Assembly: GCA_963818475.1 (NCBI GenBank)
Contig: CAWFSF010000003.1
Coordinates: 160,001 to 224,000, forward strand
Origin: Nitrospirota bacterium
Lineage (GTDB): Bacteria; Nitrospirota; UBA9217
Direction: 5' to 3'
Length of the DNA stretch: 64,000 nt
The notes beneath the pieces are model-generated. The model saw only the letters and a program-made list of their open reading frames with translations. It was not told where the DNA came from and made no database searches. Shown here one piece after another: positions 62,587-64,000 of the stretch (position 1 is the first letter of the stretch; the number at the start of each line of letters is the position of its first letter). Both the position numbers and the translations under genes were made by a program.

Positions 62587-63384
62587 TTATTTCTGCGCGT
62601 ATCCGCCATCTGGTTCCTCATCATGGTCCGTAGCGGTTTCGCCATGCTCCACGCCGCTCTTTTCCCAGGCGTCGACCCAGGCGCCGGCTTCCTGGTGCCA
62701 CTCCTGAAAGCGGATCAAGCTGTCGCGGCCTATGTAGAGCGACCGCAGATACTCCTGGTTAATGTCCGCGGGCAAACCAAGGGTCGGAAGCGTCACAACC
62801 GATTCGTGCCCTGCGCCCCCAGCCTTGGTATGCGGACCGGGAGCGATGGGCATCCAGAATGCGTAGCGCGGCAGCGGCTTGCCTTTCGGCGCCTGCCGGT
62901 TCGCCGTCTGTACAACCTTTGCCGAAAAGTCCTTCAACACCGCTTCAAACGACTGCGAGGCTTTCCCTTTGAACGTGATCACGATCGGTTCAGAAGCCCC
63001 TTGCACCGCCGCAAGCACCTGCAAGTGCCCTCGCATGTTTGCGCCCATGACGAAGGCCTGGCGCGGATAATAGGCGGTCTCGCTGCCCTGCCTTGCAAAC
63101 CAACGAAAGCGCGTACGGATCGGGGCTATGCTGATTTTATGCGCCGTCAACGCGTTTTCTTCCTTCCCGCTGCGGAAGATTATCCGCTCCTTTGTCCAGC
63201 CGGGAAAAGAAGCGCCCTCGGACAGATACTTTTCCGGCAGCACCGCACCGCCGGAGAATTGCACGCCACCGAGGGCCTTGAGCGCCTGCTGCCCGTTGTG
63301 CCACTGGGCCACAGGATAAACGGGTACGATTTGCTCGGAAGCATTCGGGTCCACGACATCGTAATCGAAATCAGAGTTGCTCAT
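62587..63384 (-). CDS. Hypothetical protein (phage-like, acidic C-terminal tail)
   Basis: 265-aa ORF with AGGAGG RBS; no recognisable family. Confidence 0.75.
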   Translation of the reverse strand: MSNSDFDYDVVDPNASEQIVPVYPVAQWHNGQQALKALGGVQFSGGAVLPEKYLSEGASFPGWTKERIIFRSGKEENALTAHKISIAPIRTRFRWFARQGSETAYYPRQAFVMGANMRGHLQVLAAVQGASEPIVITFKGKASQSFEAVLKDFSAKVVQTANRQAPKGKPLPRYAFWMPIAPGPHTKAGGAGHESVVTLPTLGLPADINQEYLRSLYIGRDSLIRFQEWHQEAGAWVDAWEKSGVEHGETATDHDEEPDGGYAQK

Positions 63385-63450
63385 AATTCCTCCTTTGGCA
63401 ATTCTAGTATTCGGAAGGTTGGACGGTTTCTCCTCTGAAGCCAGATCCTT

Positions 63451-63819
63451 TCAAAACTCATATCCCATCGAAACCCAGTAGCGCCAGTCTTCGACAGCCT
63501 CTTTGGTCTCCCTGCTCGCCTTGATGCCTTCCAACTGCGACAGCGGCACGCCGAATTTTCGTTTCTCCCATCGGATCGTCACGAACATTTCCCGTTCGCA
63601 TTCATCCTCCGGCGCCATGCCGACGACTTCCACCACCTCGCCGGTCTTTAACGGGGAAATTGATCTGGTTGCAATGCATTTGGCGGCAAAGGGAAACTCC
63701 AGGCGGTCCTCAAGGTAGCAGTACCACCCCATGGCGCGCTCGGCTTCGCCGTAGCAATCCACGATGATTTCTTCATCAATGCGTGCCTCGCGGGATTTGT
63801 CTGTTTTGGGCTTGGCCAT
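63451..63819 (-). CDS. CcbP-like 'calcium-binding' family protein
   Basis: EIIVDCYGE.E..GW..YLED.L.FPF.A, PLSQL, VEDWRYW. Confidence 0.8.
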   Translation of the reverse strand: MAKPKTDKSREARIDEEIIVDCYGEAERAMGWYCYLEDRLEFPFAAKCIATRSISPLKTGEVVEVVGMAPEDECEREMFVTIRWEKRKFGVPLSQLEGIKASRETKEAVEDWRYWVSMGYEF

Positions 63820-64000
63820 AAATATGTTGGTATTATCTTACCCAAATACAATATTAGTGACCTGGCTCCATGAAGTTGCGAGCCACGACACACCGCAAAC
63901 CTTCACAACAGGATAAGGCTTGAGACCATGAATGATTTTGGCTTCAGACACCAATGACCTCAGCGATCAAATGAGTGATCTTCGCGGAGTCAATGCTGCC

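Overview
GC-rich bacterial chromosomal segment. Gene content and order suggest a Nitrospirota/Desulfobacterota-like organism (inference only). Housekeeping blocks: yggT-proC-yggS-pgeF-radical SAM, cysM, glgP-rnj, comM, tRNA-Leu(GAG)-ilvE, aconitase, galT-RR-coaX-birA-nadC. These are interleaved with many PAS/GGDEF/EAL/hybrid-kinase signalling genes and small accessory genes. About a dozen conserved genes are split by single-base indels, which most likely reflects long-read assembly error. The most striking signals are non-coding. (1) Many intergenic spaces hold a gene-less palindromic element built from 7-10-bp tandem units around a unique AT-rich core. Several sit inside conserved outer 'shells': CCTAACCCGGACAAGCCGGAACC...TTCTTGCCRTTTTGAG, or an 18-bp perfect TIR. 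(2) Integron-like attC sites occur with no integrase in the window (11.6, 49.4 and 52.8 kb). (3) A 2.2-kb toxin-antitoxin islet is bounded by a 46-bp duplication of the comM 3' end. (4) A ~125-bp repeat pair in inverted orientation brackets glgP-rnj. Also notable are a PhnD-like binding protein in an operon with two CxxCH heme-c sensors, an SfsA-GIY-YIG fusion, and a SWIM/CcbP/phage-like cluster at the right edge. No CRISPR array, rRNA or intact transposase/integrase was seen. All calls were made by eye, without database searches.
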